DNA of 64,000 nucleotides from Candidatus Woesearchaeota archaeon (GTDB taxonomy: Archaea; Nanobdellota; Nanobdellia; Woesearchaeales; UBA10216). A program made the translations under genes and the position numbers. Location: assembly GCA_016192945.1 (NCBI GenBank), contig JACPTE010000021.1:3989-67988 (forward strand). The letters are read 5' to 3'. A model generated the notes under the pieces. That model had not been told where the DNA came from and searched no databases. It worked only from the letters and a program-made list of their open reading frames with translations. Below are positions 25,342 to 34,453 of this stretch, in pieces; position 1 is the first letter of the stretch, and each line of letters opens with the position of its first letter.

Positions 25342-26466
25342 ATGATTCCCCTGTTCAAGCCTTCAATGGGAGAGGACGAGGTCAACGCAGTCAGGGAGGT
25401 CATTGAGTCTGGCTGGATAGGGCTCGGCCCAAAGACTGAGGAGTTTGAGAGGCTGTTCGCAGAATATGTTGGCTCAAAATACGCTGTCGGCACTAATTCT
25501 GCCACTGCTGCGTTGCATCTTGCAGTCAAGGTTCTGGGCCTTCCAAGAGGAAGCGATATCCTGACAAGCCCCATGACTTTCATCTCAACTGCGATGGCCG
25601 CAAGTTACAATGATTTAAACCCTGTATTTGTTGACATTGAGCCTGACACGCTGAACATGGATGCCAATGACCTTAAGCAGAAGATTACCAAAAAAACCAG
25701 GGCTGTTTTGCCTGTTCATTTCGGGGGCCATCCGTGCGATATGGATGCCATCAGGGATTTTGCCAGCGACAACAATCTGGTTGTGCTTGATGATTGCGCC
25801 CATGCTACCGGCTCGCAGTATAAGGGCAGGATGGTTGGGACTCTTGCTGCCATGAGCTGCTTTTCATTTCACGCTGTGAAGAACCTTGCAACAGCAGATG
25901 GCGGGATGATTACCACTGCTAATAAGGATTATTATGAGCACGTAAAAAGGCTGAGGTGGGTGGGCATAGACAAGTCAACTTATGCCAGGGCTAAGAGCTC
26001 TGCCTACAAGTGGGATTATGATGTTGTTGAGCTTGGCTACAAGTACCATCCCAATGATATACTCTCGGCAATCGGGATTGTCCAGCTCAGGAAGATTGAG
26101 AAGACCAATGCCCGTAGAAGGGAGATTTTCAGGATGTATAATGAGGCTTTCAGCAGTATTGGCTGGATGGAAACTCCTGTTCACAGGGAGGGGATTGTAA
26201 GCGCATGCCACAATTATGTTGCCAAGGTCCCTGACAGGGAGGCGCTTATAGCGCACCTTAACAATAGCGGGATTTCAGGTGGAGTTCATTACAAGCCTGC
26301 TTATCTTCATCCGATTTACAGGGATGTAAGGGCTGATTGCCCTGTTACAGATTCTGTCTGGAAGAGGCTTATTACGCTGCCTGTGTTTCCTGACCTTGCT
26401 GATGAGCAGGTCAGCCTGATTATCAAGGCAGTCAGGGGTTTCTCTCCAAAAGGTAGAACTTCCTGA
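25342..26466 (+). CDS. DegT/DnrJ/EryC1/StrS-family PLP sugar aminotransferase
   Basis: MIPLFKPSMGEDEVNAV..., and SFHAVKNLATADGGMI (PLP lysine context). The track start 25297 is a TTG; ATG 25342 fits the family N-terminus. Confidence 0.8.
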   Translation: MIPLFKPSMGEDEVNAVREVIESGWIGLGPKTEEFERLFAEYVGSKYAVGTNSATAALHLAVKVLGLPRGSDILTSPMTFISTAMAASYNDLNPVFVDIEPDTLNMDANDLKQKITKKTRAVLPVHFGGHPCDMDAIRDFASDNNLVVLDDCAHATGSQYKGRMVGTLAAMSCFSFHAVKNLATADGGMITTANKDYYEHVKRLRWVGIDKSTYARAKSSAYKWDYDVVELGYKYHPNDILSAIGIVQLRKIEKTNARRREIFRMYNEAFSSIGWMETPVHREGIVSACHNYVAKVPDREALIAHLNNSGISGGVHYKPAYLHPIYRDVRADCPVTDSVWKRLITLPVFPDLADEQVSLIIKAVRGFSPKGRTS

Positions 26467-27181
26467 TTCCCCACTTGTGGAGCTTGTACATTATTATCCT
26501 CCAGAAAAGTGTCATGCCGTATTTTATGCTCTTTTTGAGGCTTATTGTTGAGGATTCCTTCTCATAGCGTGTTATTATTGGTATCTCAGCCATCCTGAAC
26601 CTGAAGTATCTGCACTGTATTATCGCCTCTTCGTCAAAAGTGAACCCGTTTGAGTTTTTCTGGTAGGGTATTGTTTCAAGGGCTTTCCTGCTGTATGCTA
26701 TCAGCCCTGTTGCAGCGTCAGTGAGTTTGGTTCCGAGCATTATGTTGAAATAGGCTGTCAGCATCCGGTTTCCAATCCTCTTGTACAGGGGCATGCCTCC
26801 CTTTTTTGCAGAGCCCTTGGCCATCATCCTTGAGCCGTATGCCACATCTGCCTTTCCATCCAGTATTGGCTTTATGAGCGCGGGTATTGCCTTTGGGTCG
26901 AACTGGTAGTCAGGATGCAGCAGCACCACAACATCAGCCCCCCTTTTCAGGGCCTCTGTGTAGCATGTTTTCTGGTTGCCTCCGTAGCCCTTGTTCCTTT
27001 CGTGCCGTATTACAGTCAGCCCCAGTTTTTTTGCAACCTTTACAGTTGCATCCCTGCTCACATCGTCAACAAGGATTGCTTCATCAATGCAGCCCTTTGG
27101 TATGTCTTTGTATGTCTTCTCAAGAGTCTTTTCTGCATTGTATGCAGGCATTACAACAGTTATTTTCTTTCCCCCTTTCAT
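26432..27181 (-). CDS. GT2 glycosyltransferase (ArnC/DPM-like)
   Basis: ITVVMPAYNAEKTLE...ILVDDVSRDAT...LLHPDYQF. Its 3' end overlaps the convergent 25342 gene by 35 nt. Confidence 0.8.
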   Translation of the reverse strand: MKGGKKITVVMPAYNAEKTLEKTYKDIPKGCIDEAILVDDVSRDATVKVAKKLGLTVIRHERNKGYGGNQKTCYTEALKRGADVVVLLHPDYQFDPKAIPALIKPILDGKADVAYGSRMMAKGSAKKGGMPLYKRIGNRMLTAYFNIMLGTKLTDAATGLIAYSRKALETIPYQKNSNGFTFDEEAIIQCRYFRFRMAEIPIITRYEKESSTISLKKSIKYGMTLFWRIIMYKLHKWGIRKFYLLERNP

Positions 27182-27209
27182 CAGATATCCACCCTTGCCC
27201 GGATAATTT

Positions 27210-27294
27210 CGTAAATTGCGCTAATTTTGTTGGCGTATCATTACGCAATTTACGAGATTAGAATTGCGCAATCAATAGTCTAATCTGCGCAATT
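27210..27294. promoter_or_regulatory. Array of four ATTGCG(C)-type operator-like sites between divergent GT2 and GT-C genes
   Basis: CGTAAATTGCG (27210-27220) and its exact reverse complement CGCAATTTACG (27244-27254). Perfect 10-bp palindrome ATTGCGCAAT (27263-27272). Half-site TGCGCAATT (27286-27294). Confidence 0.5.
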
Positions 27295-27383
27295 CTCTAT
27301 ATAAATTTTGCTAAACATCATATTCAGCCTATCATAAATTTTTTATACATGCTGCGACCCTTGCCTGGCAGGTTGATTTTTCA

Positions 27384-28991
27384 ATGGTTAAGCTGATGGG
27401 AGAGTTGGGGTGGCTGGCTTTTCTGGCTGTCGTGTTCATTGCTGCTGTGCTGGTAGTGAATCCTGTTGGCGATTTTTCCCTGAATGACGATTTCAATTAC
27501 GCCTTCAGCGCAAGGACCCTTGCAGAAACAGGGAGGATTGCCTTTCCATATCTTCCCTCTCCGACCATGATTTTCCAGGTCTTTTTTGGGGCGTTCTTCA
27601 TGAAGGTGCTGGGGCTCTCGTACACTGCCTTGAGGGTTTCCACCCTGCTCATGGCATTTTTGGCTGTGGCTTCATCCTTTTTTATCATGCGGGAGCTGGG
27701 GTTTGGCTCTGGGAAGAGCTTTCTTGCCGCCCTCCTGCTGTTGTTCAATCCCCTTTTTTTCAGCCTCAGCTTTTCATTCATGACTGATGTTCATTTTGTG
27801 GCGCTGATGCTGCTTTCAGCGCTTTTTTACATAATTGGCTTCAAGGGAAACAGGCTCTTTTGGCTTTTTCTCGGCTCTGTTTTTTCAGTTTTCGCATTTC
27901 TTGTAAGGCAGAATGGGGTGTTGATTCCTGTTGCTGCCTTGGCATATTTATTGGTCAGGGACAGGAGGCTTGATTTCAGGAGAGCGCTTGTAGTTTTTGC
28001 CTTTCCGCTGGCATTGATGGCTGCTTATATGTACTGGTACGTTTTCCTAGAGGGAACTACGCAGGCATTTTCAGGGATGGTTTCCCAGACCCTTAGCCTT
28101 GGCTGGCTTCCTTACATTCCATTCAGGCTTTTTGCGTTTTTCGAATATATCGGCATTTTCCTTTTTCCATTGTCTGTTTCCCTGTTTGCAGGCAGGGCTT
28201 TCAGGAGAGGCAATGTAGTTTTTGCCTCTGCTTTCATGGTTTTGGGGCTTGCAGGATACTTTGCTCTCCTGTACCTGTTCCACCTGGGGTTTCCTCAGCT
28301 GCCTAACTACATTAATCAGCATGGGCTCGGCCCCAGCTATCTCCAGGGCCTGAAGAGCCCTGATTTGTCTTCTGCATTGCCCATTATAGGGCTCTTCGGG
28401 ATAGTCTCTGCATCATTCCTTGCGGCTGCTCTCATATCAGCGAGGGGCAGCATTCTGTCCGGCTTCTCTTCAATCAGGTGGCTCGTTTTCATTCTGGGCC
28501 TGCTGCTTTTTGGTTTTCTTTTTGTATTGGAGTCTTATTTTGACAGGTATCTTCTCCCGGTTCTTCTTCCTGCCATTGCCGTTGCTTTTTACGCATCCAG
28601 CAGGTTTAGGGTTAATGAGTCGCTGCTGGCATTGTGCATAGTTCTCCTTGCAGTGTTTTCGGTTGCAGCAACACATGACTACTTGTCCTGGAACAGGGCC
28701 AAGATGGATGCGATAGGCTATCTTCACCAGCAGGGGGTTGGGAACATCAACATTGATGGGGGTTATGAGTTTGACTGCCAGAATTTCTGCCTGCAGCCCC
28801 AGCCAGCCAGGGCAAATTCCACAAGGGATTACGATCCTGTCTGGGTGAAGCACTCAGCTTATGTGATTGACACCAGGTATGTTGTTGCCTTCAGCCCTGT
28901 GCCTAATTATGTTCAGGTTAGGAAGTTTGGCTACTTTTCTTTGCTGACTATGCGGGATGAAGGCATTTATGCCTTGAGGAGGAGCGAATAG
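27384..28991 (+). CDS. GT-C fold membrane glycosyltransferase (GT39/GT83, ArnT/PMT_2-like)
   Basis: First-loop NDDFNYAFSARTLAETG resembles the DExRYA-type loop of ArnT-like enzymes. ~12 TM helices and a C-terminal soluble domain. Confidence 0.6.
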   Translation: MVKLMGELGWLAFLAVVFIAAVLVVNPVGDFSLNDDFNYAFSARTLAETGRIAFPYLPSPTMIFQVFFGAFFMKVLGLSYTALRVSTLLMAFLAVASSFFIMRELGFGSGKSFLAALLLLFNPLFFSLSFSFMTDVHFVALMLLSALFYIIGFKGNRLFWLFLGSVFSVFAFLVRQNGVLIPVAALAYLLVRDRRLDFRRALVVFAFPLALMAAYMYWYVFLEGTTQAFSGMVSQTLSLGWLPYIPFRLFAFFEYIGIFLFPLSVSLFAGRAFRRGNVVFASAFMVLGLAGYFALLYLFHLGFPQLPNYINQHGLGPSYLQGLKSPDLSSALPIIGLFGIVSASFLAAALISARGSILSGFSSIRWLVFILGLLLFGFLFVLESYFDRYLLPVLLPAIAVAFYASSRFRVNESLLALCIVLLAVFSVAATHDYLSWNRAKMDAIGYLHQQGVGNINIDGGYEFDCQNFCLQPQPARANSTRDYDPVWVKHSAYVIDTRYVVAFSPVPNYVQVRKFGYFSLLTMRDEGIYALRRSE

Positions 28992-29005
28992 GCTGGTGAT
29001 TTCTG

Positions 29006-29968
29006 GTGGAGCGCGTTAAATGCAGCCTGTGCGGCCTTGACAATGCGAAGCTTCTCTTCAGGGGGAGGGATGCTGCTTTTGAGGATACTGAGTTCTTCAA
29101 TCTGGTTCAGTGCAGGAATTGCGGCCTTGCATACGTGAATCCCCGCCCCTCGCCTAAGGAGATTGGGAAGTATTATCCTGATGTTTACTACTCTAAATTT
29201 GTCCCTGACAGGAAAGGGAGCTTTGTTAAGTCTGTTCGCAGAATTATTCTTGAAACATATTTTGGTTATGGAAAGGCTGGCCTTTTCAGGAAAATGGCCT
29301 TTTTCCCTTTCTATATTTTCCGCTCCCTTTTCCTCAGCAAGGGCTTTACAGTTCCCTGTGTGAAGAAAGGGAGGTTTTTGGATGTTGGTTTTGGAGGCGG
29401 CTCCCTTCTTTATGAGTATAAGGCTTTGGGGTGGGATGTTTACGGCACCGAGGTATCTGATCGCATGATAAGGAACGCTGCAGGGATTGGGGCAAGGCTT
29501 TTCAAGGGTGAGCTCAGGGATGCAAAGTTTGATGGCGATTTTTTTGATGCTGTGTACATGAGCCATGTTCTTGAGCACGTGCATGAGCCTTATTCTGTAA
29601 TGGTTGAGATTAGGAGGATTTTGAGGCCTGGAGGCTCTGCCTTTGTAGTCCTTCCCAATTTCGGCAGCCTTGAATCCAGGCTGCTAAGGGATAAGTGGTT
29701 TGTAGGGCTGCAGATACCGAGGCATCTTTACCATTTCAGCCCTTCTGCGCTAAAAAAGCTCTGCCTCAAGGCTGGCTTCAGGAGGGTTGACTTTGTTTTC
29801 ATGCCTGACCAGACCACCCTTTTGGGCAGCCTTCAGCACCTGTGGCTGATTAGGAAACTCAGGATTAATCTTTTCAGCAGGTTTTTCCTTGTTTTTTTCC
29901 TTCCACTCACTTTCCTGCTTAGCGTTTTCCACCAGTCAGGAATATTTGCGGTTTATTTGAGGAAATAA
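29006..29968 (+). CDS. Class I SAM-dependent methyltransferase with N-terminal Cys4 zinc ribbon
   Basis: CSLCG...CRNCG, then LDVGFGGGSLL (motif I) and ...MSHVLEHV.... GTG start. Confidence 0.7.
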   Translation: MERVKCSLCGLDNAKLLFRGRDAAFEDTEFFNLVQCRNCGLAYVNPRPSPKEIGKYYPDVYYSKFVPDRKGSFVKSVRRIILETYFGYGKAGLFRKMAFFPFYIFRSLFLSKGFTVPCVKKGRFLDVGFGGGSLLYEYKALGWDVYGTEVSDRMIRNAAGIGARLFKGELRDAKFDGDFFDAVYMSHVLEHVHEPYSVMVEIRRILRPGGSAFVVLPNFGSLESRLLRDKWFVGLQIPRHLYHFSPSALKKLCLKAGFRRVDFVFMPDQTTLLGSLQHLWLIRKLRINLFSRFFLVFFLPLTFLLSVFHQSGIFAVYLRK

Positions 29969-30016
29969 AGCCTTTTTTCCATAAAAATTATAAACAATGC
30001 GCATCCCATTTTTTCC

Positions 30017-30235
30017 ATGGAGGCCAAGTCAACAATAGAGATTCCGAAGGGGCTTGCTGAGCGCCTTAAGAAGAGGAGCGTTGAGGCTGGCTTTGATTCT
30101 GTGAACAGCTATGCTGCCTTTGTGCTTGAGCAGGTTCTTGGCAGCGTTCAGAAGTCCGGCTCCAGGGAGATGGCATCTGGCAGCGCTGAAGAGGAGCTTG
30201 TAAGGAAAAGGCTGCGAAGCCTCGGTTACGACTAA
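30017..30235 (+). CDS. Ribbon-helix-helix (CopG-like) protein with conserved RLRSLGY tail, paralogue 1
   Basis: STIEIPKGLAERLKKRSVEAGFDSVNSYAAFVLEQVL has the beta-alpha-alpha RHH layout. C-terminus KRLRSLGYD. Confidence 0.6.
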   Translation: MEAKSTIEIPKGLAERLKKRSVEAGFDSVNSYAAFVLEQVLGSVQKSGSREMASGSAEEELVRKRLRSLGYD

Positions 30236-30384
30236 GCTGTTTGTCAGGCCTTTATTGAAGAAACTGCTTCTCTGCTTTCCTGCTCCTTGTTGTAAGATTA
30301 TACATTTTAAAACCAAAAACTTTAAATATGACATAATTTTACGATAAATTCTAATTAAGGTTTATTAAAACCTGGGGTGGCAAA

Positions 30385-30603
30385 ATGCCTGGCAAAACAA
30401 CAACAGTTTCAATACCAAAGCCGTTATTTGACAAGATAAAAAGACTCTGCGAGGGGACTGGGTTCAACTCTGTAAGCAGCTATGTTACTTACGTGATGAG
30501 GCAGGTCTTGTCAGATACAGGCCCTGAGAAGAAAGACAATCCCCTGTCGCCTGATGAAGAGGAAAAAATCAAGAGGCGTCTGCGCAGTTTGGGGTATCTC
30601 TGA
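30385..30603 (+). CDS. Ribbon-helix-helix (CopG-like) protein with conserved RLRSLGY tail, paralogue 2
   Basis: TTVSIPKPLFDKIKRLCEGTGFNSVSSYVTYVMRQVL. C-terminus RRLRSLGYL. GGGGTGG lies upstream of the ATG. The stop overlaps the next ATG (TGATG). Confidence 0.6.
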   Translation: MPGKTTTVSIPKPLFDKIKRLCEGTGFNSVSSYVTYVMRQVLSDTGPEKKDNPLSPDEEEKIKRRLRSLGYL

Positions 30604-32030
30604 TGGCCAGATTCTTTGTGCTTGGGCTTGATGGAGTTCCCCCTGAGCTTCTGTTTGAGAAATGGAGCTCAGAGCTTCCGAACATACGCGGCCTTATGGA
30701 AAGGGGGGCGTATGCTGGCCTGGACTCAACAATTCCCCCTGCCTCAATAATAGCGTGGTCCAGCTTCGCCTCTGGCAGGGATGCCAGCGAGCTTGGGATT
30801 TACAGCTATACCCGCAGGAATCCTGAAACAGGCAGGACAGAGCTTGTAAATTCAACTGATGTCAGGGCTGACTTGATTTGGGATATACTCTCAAAAAAGG
30901 GAATGAGGAGCATAGTGCTTTTTGTTCCCCTTACTTTTCCTGCCAAAAAGATAAATGGGATAATGGTCACTGATTTCCTTACGCCTGGGATTGATTCAAA
31001 CTGCTGCTATCCGGCTGAGCTGAAGGAGTACATAAAAACCCTGGGCAACATGGAGCTGTTCTTTGATGTTGCAGGCTTTACAGAGTATAAGGGGCTTGAG
31101 CCTGGTTTATTGCTGCAGAACGCCTACAAGATGACTGAAATGCACGTGAGCCTGATTAAGCATCTTCTTCAGACAGAGAAGTATGATTTTTTCATGGCTG
31201 TGCTTCTCGGCACAGACAGGGTGCAGCACATGCTTTGGAAGTACTTTGACAAGCAGCACAGGCACTATGAGGACAGTAAGCTGTCAGGGGAATTGCTTGA
31301 TTTTTACAGGTTTATTGACAGGAAGGTTGGCGAGATTCTGGCGCTTCTGGACTCGGATACCACAGTGATAATGGCATCTGACCACGGCATGAAGGGCACT
31401 GAGGGCAAAATCAATCTTAATGACTGGCTTGTTGACAACGGCTACCTTGTCCTGAAGGATTCATCCAGGAGGGAAGTGGAGGAGAACAGGAAAAAGGGCA
31501 GGCAGACAAAGCTGGTGTTTGAGGGGATAGACTTTTCAATGACAAGGGCTTACAGCATAGGCGCATACCATGCGAGGATATTCATAAACAGCAGGGCGCG
31601 CTCACCAGAAGGCATTCTTGATGAGAGGCAGAGGCTTGAGCTTATCGGGGAGCTCAAGTCAAGGCTCAGCAGGCTAAGGAGTGATACGGGCAGGGCATTG
31701 GACACTAAGTTTTTCCTGGCTAAAGACATCTATAAGAGCGCTTCCAGCAGGGAGTGCCCTGACATGATTGTTTATTTTGACAACCTTGTATGGAGCTCAA
31801 ATCCTGACTTGGGAAACAGCTCTTTATACTCGTGGAAGACTGCGGTAGGTGCAGACTGTGCAGGCCATGCCCCGAAGGGCTTTTTCATAATCTCAGGCAG
31901 AGGCATTAAGCCTGCGGGCAGGATTGGCGATGTGGATATCCACAGCATAACGCCGACCATTCTCTCAATGATGGGCATAAATGTTCCTGGGCTTGAAGGG
32001 AAGCGGATAAAGATTGTGGAGGCTGATTGA
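30603..32030 (+). CDS. Alkaline-phosphatase-superfamily enzyme (type I phosphodiesterase / nucleotide pyrophosphatase-like)
   Basis: FFVLGLDGVPPELL (metal-ligand Asp), ...IPPASIIAWSSFASG... (nucleophile region), ...IMASDHGM.... Confidence 0.65.
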   Translation: MARFFVLGLDGVPPELLFEKWSSELPNIRGLMERGAYAGLDSTIPPASIIAWSSFASGRDASELGIYSYTRRNPETGRTELVNSTDVRADLIWDILSKKGMRSIVLFVPLTFPAKKINGIMVTDFLTPGIDSNCCYPAELKEYIKTLGNMELFFDVAGFTEYKGLEPGLLLQNAYKMTEMHVSLIKHLLQTEKYDFFMAVLLGTDRVQHMLWKYFDKQHRHYEDSKLSGELLDFYRFIDRKVGEILALLDSDTTVIMASDHGMKGTEGKINLNDWLVDNGYLVLKDSSRREVEENRKKGRQTKLVFEGIDFSMTRAYSIGAYHARIFINSRARSPEGILDERQRLELIGELKSRLSRLRSDTGRALDTKFFLAKDIYKSASSRECPDMIVYFDNLVWSSNPDLGNSSLYSWKTAVGADCAGHAPKGFFIISGRGIKPAGRIGDVDIHSITPTILSMMGINVPGLEGKRIKIVEAD

Positions 32031-33107
32031 ATGACACATTTTTATGAGTCAGTTGTTATAAAGACTTCAGACGGCATGACTTTCAAGAGCTATGCCAATG
32101 AGCACCCTGATGGGTTTATCATAGCAAAGCCAAAGTATATTCCTGTTGACAAGGTCAGGTCTTCACAGATGCAGTTGAGGAAGCTGGACGGGCAGGATGT
32201 GAACAGGTTCAATTACTGGGTTGACCAGGCAGAGCTTGTCCGCTACATTGACGGGTTCAGGATGGCGTATCCTGAATACTTTTATGTTTCGCCACATCAC
32301 GGGACGTGGTTTTTCTGCGTTCCAAGGGCGAGGGTTGTTGACCCTGTTGACCCGAGGCTTGGCGTAAGGAGGCTTTTGGCATTGCCTGAAAGCTCGCTGG
32401 ATGAGTATCAGAAGCTGACTGTTTCAATGATTAAGTTCATTGAGAAGAGCGGCATAGGGGTAAACAGCATAGGAATAACCAACTCAACGCTTTTGGGGAA
32501 TTACACCCACGGGAAGTCAGACATTGACATAATGATTTTCGGGACGCAGAATTACTGGACTGTTAACAAGTTCCTGAAGGCGCGCAAGCACCCGTTAATA
32601 AGGGCAAAGACACTGAAGGAGTGGCAGGACTATTTCAAGACTTACAATGCAGGCCTTAACTTCTCTGAGGAGGACTTCATATGGCATGTGCAGAGGAAGT
32701 TGAGCGATGGCTATATAGGTGACACTGTGTTCTCCCTTTTCGGGGTTGAGGAGCCTGGGGAAATCAAGGTTGGTTGGGAGGATGAGACTGCAACGAGGCT
32801 TGACTTGGTGACTGTTGAGGGCAGGGTTGTTGACGATTTCCACAGCGTTGTCAGGCCTGGATATTACATTATTGAGGGAAGGGTAATTGATGACCCTGGT
32901 AAAAGCAGCATAAAGGTAACAAAGGTCCTGACTTTTGCCCGCGACTTTATGCTCCAGGCTTTCAAGGGCGAGACTCTGGTGGCCAGGGGGGTTCTGGAGA
33001 GGGTTGTCAACAACAAGACCGGAGAGTCCCATTACAGGGTTAGTGTAGGGTATTTTGACAGCTATGTTGAGAGGATGGGCCAGGAGTTCATCAAGGTGAA
33101 GCATTAA
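32031..33107 (+). CDS. Pol-beta-superfamily nucleotidyltransferase (COG1665-like) with C-terminal beta-barrel-like domain
   Basis: GITNSTLLGNYTHGKSDIDIMIFG matches the G[ST]x(9-12)[DE]x[DE] NTase motif. The start abuts the previous stop (TGAATG). Confidence 0.55.
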   Translation: MTHFYESVVIKTSDGMTFKSYANEHPDGFIIAKPKYIPVDKVRSSQMQLRKLDGQDVNRFNYWVDQAELVRYIDGFRMAYPEYFYVSPHHGTWFFCVPRARVVDPVDPRLGVRRLLALPESSLDEYQKLTVSMIKFIEKSGIGVNSIGITNSTLLGNYTHGKSDIDIMIFGTQNYWTVNKFLKARKHPLIRAKTLKEWQDYFKTYNAGLNFSEEDFIWHVQRKLSDGYIGDTVFSLFGVEEPGEIKVGWEDETATRLDLVTVEGRVVDDFHSVVRPGYYIIEGRVIDDPGKSSIKVTKVLTFARDFMLQAFKGETLVARGVLERVVNNKTGESHYRVSVGYFDSYVERMGQEFIKVKH

Positions 33108-33108
33108 A

Positions 33109-34452
33109 ATGGCTCTTAAAAACAGCAAGGAGGGGAATTTTGAAGCGTGGTACCGCGAGCTTTTGTCAGCCTCAGGGATGGTTGATTATTCCCCTGTGCA
33201 GGGATGCATTGTCTATCGCCCGCTGTGCTATTCAATATGGGAGCTGATTAAGCAGTTCATTGGCTCAAGGCTCAGGGAGGCTGGTTACCAGGACTGCTAT
33301 TTTCCCATGTTCATCCCATTCTCGCTGATGAAGAAGGTGGATGAGCACTTCAGGGTATTCTCAAGGGAGTCTGTTATAGCTGGTGAGGCTGCAGCAGTTC
33401 CACTCAATGACAGGCTTATCATAAGGCCTACTTCAGAGATAATAATGTACGAGGTTTTCAGGGGCTGGATAAAGTCAGGGAAGGACCTTCCATTGCTTGT
33501 TAACCAGTTCTGCTCTGTTGTGAGGTGGGAAACTTACAAGAAAAACATGCCTTTGATAAGGGATAATGAGTTCATGTGGCAGGAGAGCCACTCAGTTCAT
33601 CTTACAGAAAAGGAGACAGACCTGTTTGTGAGGATGGTTTTTGATATTTACAGGGAGCTGTTTGAGGACTATCTGGCAATCCCTGTATTTGAGGGCTTTA
33701 AGCCTGAGCACAGGAAGTTTGCAGGGGCGCTTTACACGCTTGCATTTGAGGGCTTGATGCCTGACATCAAGTCTGTTCAGCTCGCAACCTCCCACAGCCT
33801 TGGCAGGAACTTCAGCGAGCCGATGGATTTAAGGCTGGATGGCAAGGCATTGTGGCAGGCCTCAAATGGGGTTACGACAAGGGTGATAGGCTCTCTTGTA
33901 ATGGTCCATAGCGATAATAAGGGGCTTGTTCTGCCGCCAAAAATAGCCCCTGTCCAGTGCGCAGTCATAGGCAGCTGCCTGGATATTCCTGGAGTAAGGA
34001 TTTACAATGATGAGAGAAAGCTTGGCAATAAGGAAAAGGTAAGTGAGCACACGCTGAAGGGGGTTCCAGTAATTATAGTTGCCTCAGGGAATTCAGCGGT
34101 TGTTTACAGGCGGGACAGGGCAGAGCCTTATTCCATTAAAGCCAGCGAATTGGGTGGCGCTGTTCCTAAGCTGCTTGCTGAAATCCAGGATGGCTTGCTT
34201 CGGAAATCAAGGGAGTTCAGGGAATCGCATTATTTTAGGACAGACGCCTGGGATGAGTTCAGGGATGTTCTGGTAAGCAAGAGGGGTTTTGCAGAGTCAG
34301 GGTGGTGCGGCGATGTGGACTGCGCTAAGAGGATAAAAGACCAGACAAAGGGCTCACTGAGGCTCATTAACCCTGTTGGCTCAGGCTCAGCCAGGTGTAT
34401 TGGCTGCAGCAATAAGGCAAGGTTTACAGGCATTTTTGCAGAGGCGTATTAA
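33109..34452 (+). CDS. proS: Prolyl-tRNA synthetase, archaeal/eukaryote-like type
   Basis: FEAWYRELL...VQGCIVYRP, RPTSE, VRWET...EFMWQESHSVH (motif 2 region), GVTTRVIGSLVMVHSDNKGLVLPPKIAP (motif 3), a C-terminal Cys-rich domain and the terminal ...FAEAY. Confidence 0.85.
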   Translation: MALKNSKEGNFEAWYRELLSASGMVDYSPVQGCIVYRPLCYSIWELIKQFIGSRLREAGYQDCYFPMFIPFSLMKKVDEHFRVFSRESVIAGEAAAVPLNDRLIIRPTSEIIMYEVFRGWIKSGKDLPLLVNQFCSVVRWETYKKNMPLIRDNEFMWQESHSVHLTEKETDLFVRMVFDIYRELFEDYLAIPVFEGFKPEHRKFAGALYTLAFEGLMPDIKSVQLATSHSLGRNFSEPMDLRLDGKALWQASNGVTTRVIGSLVMVHSDNKGLVLPPKIAPVQCAVIGSCLDIPGVRIYNDERKLGNKEKVSEHTLKGVPVIIVASGNSAVVYRRDRAEPYSIKASELGGAVPKLLAEIQDGLLRKSREFRESHYFRTDAWDEFRDVLVSKRGFAESGWCGDVDCAKRIKDQTKGSLRLINPVGSGSARCIGCSNKARFTGIFAEAY

Positions 34453-34453
34453 G

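Noticed and set aside
28967-29584. 205-aa minus-strand ORF antisense to the zinc-ribbon methyltransferase
   Set aside because: The plus-strand ORF has SAM-binding motif I and a Cys4 ribbon. The antisense ORF has none.
30215-30603. RLRSLGY-x tails as proteasome-docking HbYX motifs
   Set aside because: The penultimate Tyr fits, but the preceding residue is Gly rather than hydrophobic, and these are small DNA-binding-type proteins. This is too speculative to report as a function.
32595-33128. 177-aa minus-strand ORF antisense to the nucleotidyltransferase gene
   Set aside because: It is a shadow ORF inside a tightly coupled plus-strand operon and has no motif.
34376-34453. Upstream extensions of track ORFs (34376 for the PHP gene; likewise 38510, 56434, 58953, 25297, 10887)
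   Set aside because: The extensions overlap the preceding gene's coding region, often start at GTG or TTG, and are followed by an in-frame ATG with the family-typical N-terminus. The shorter starts were adopted.
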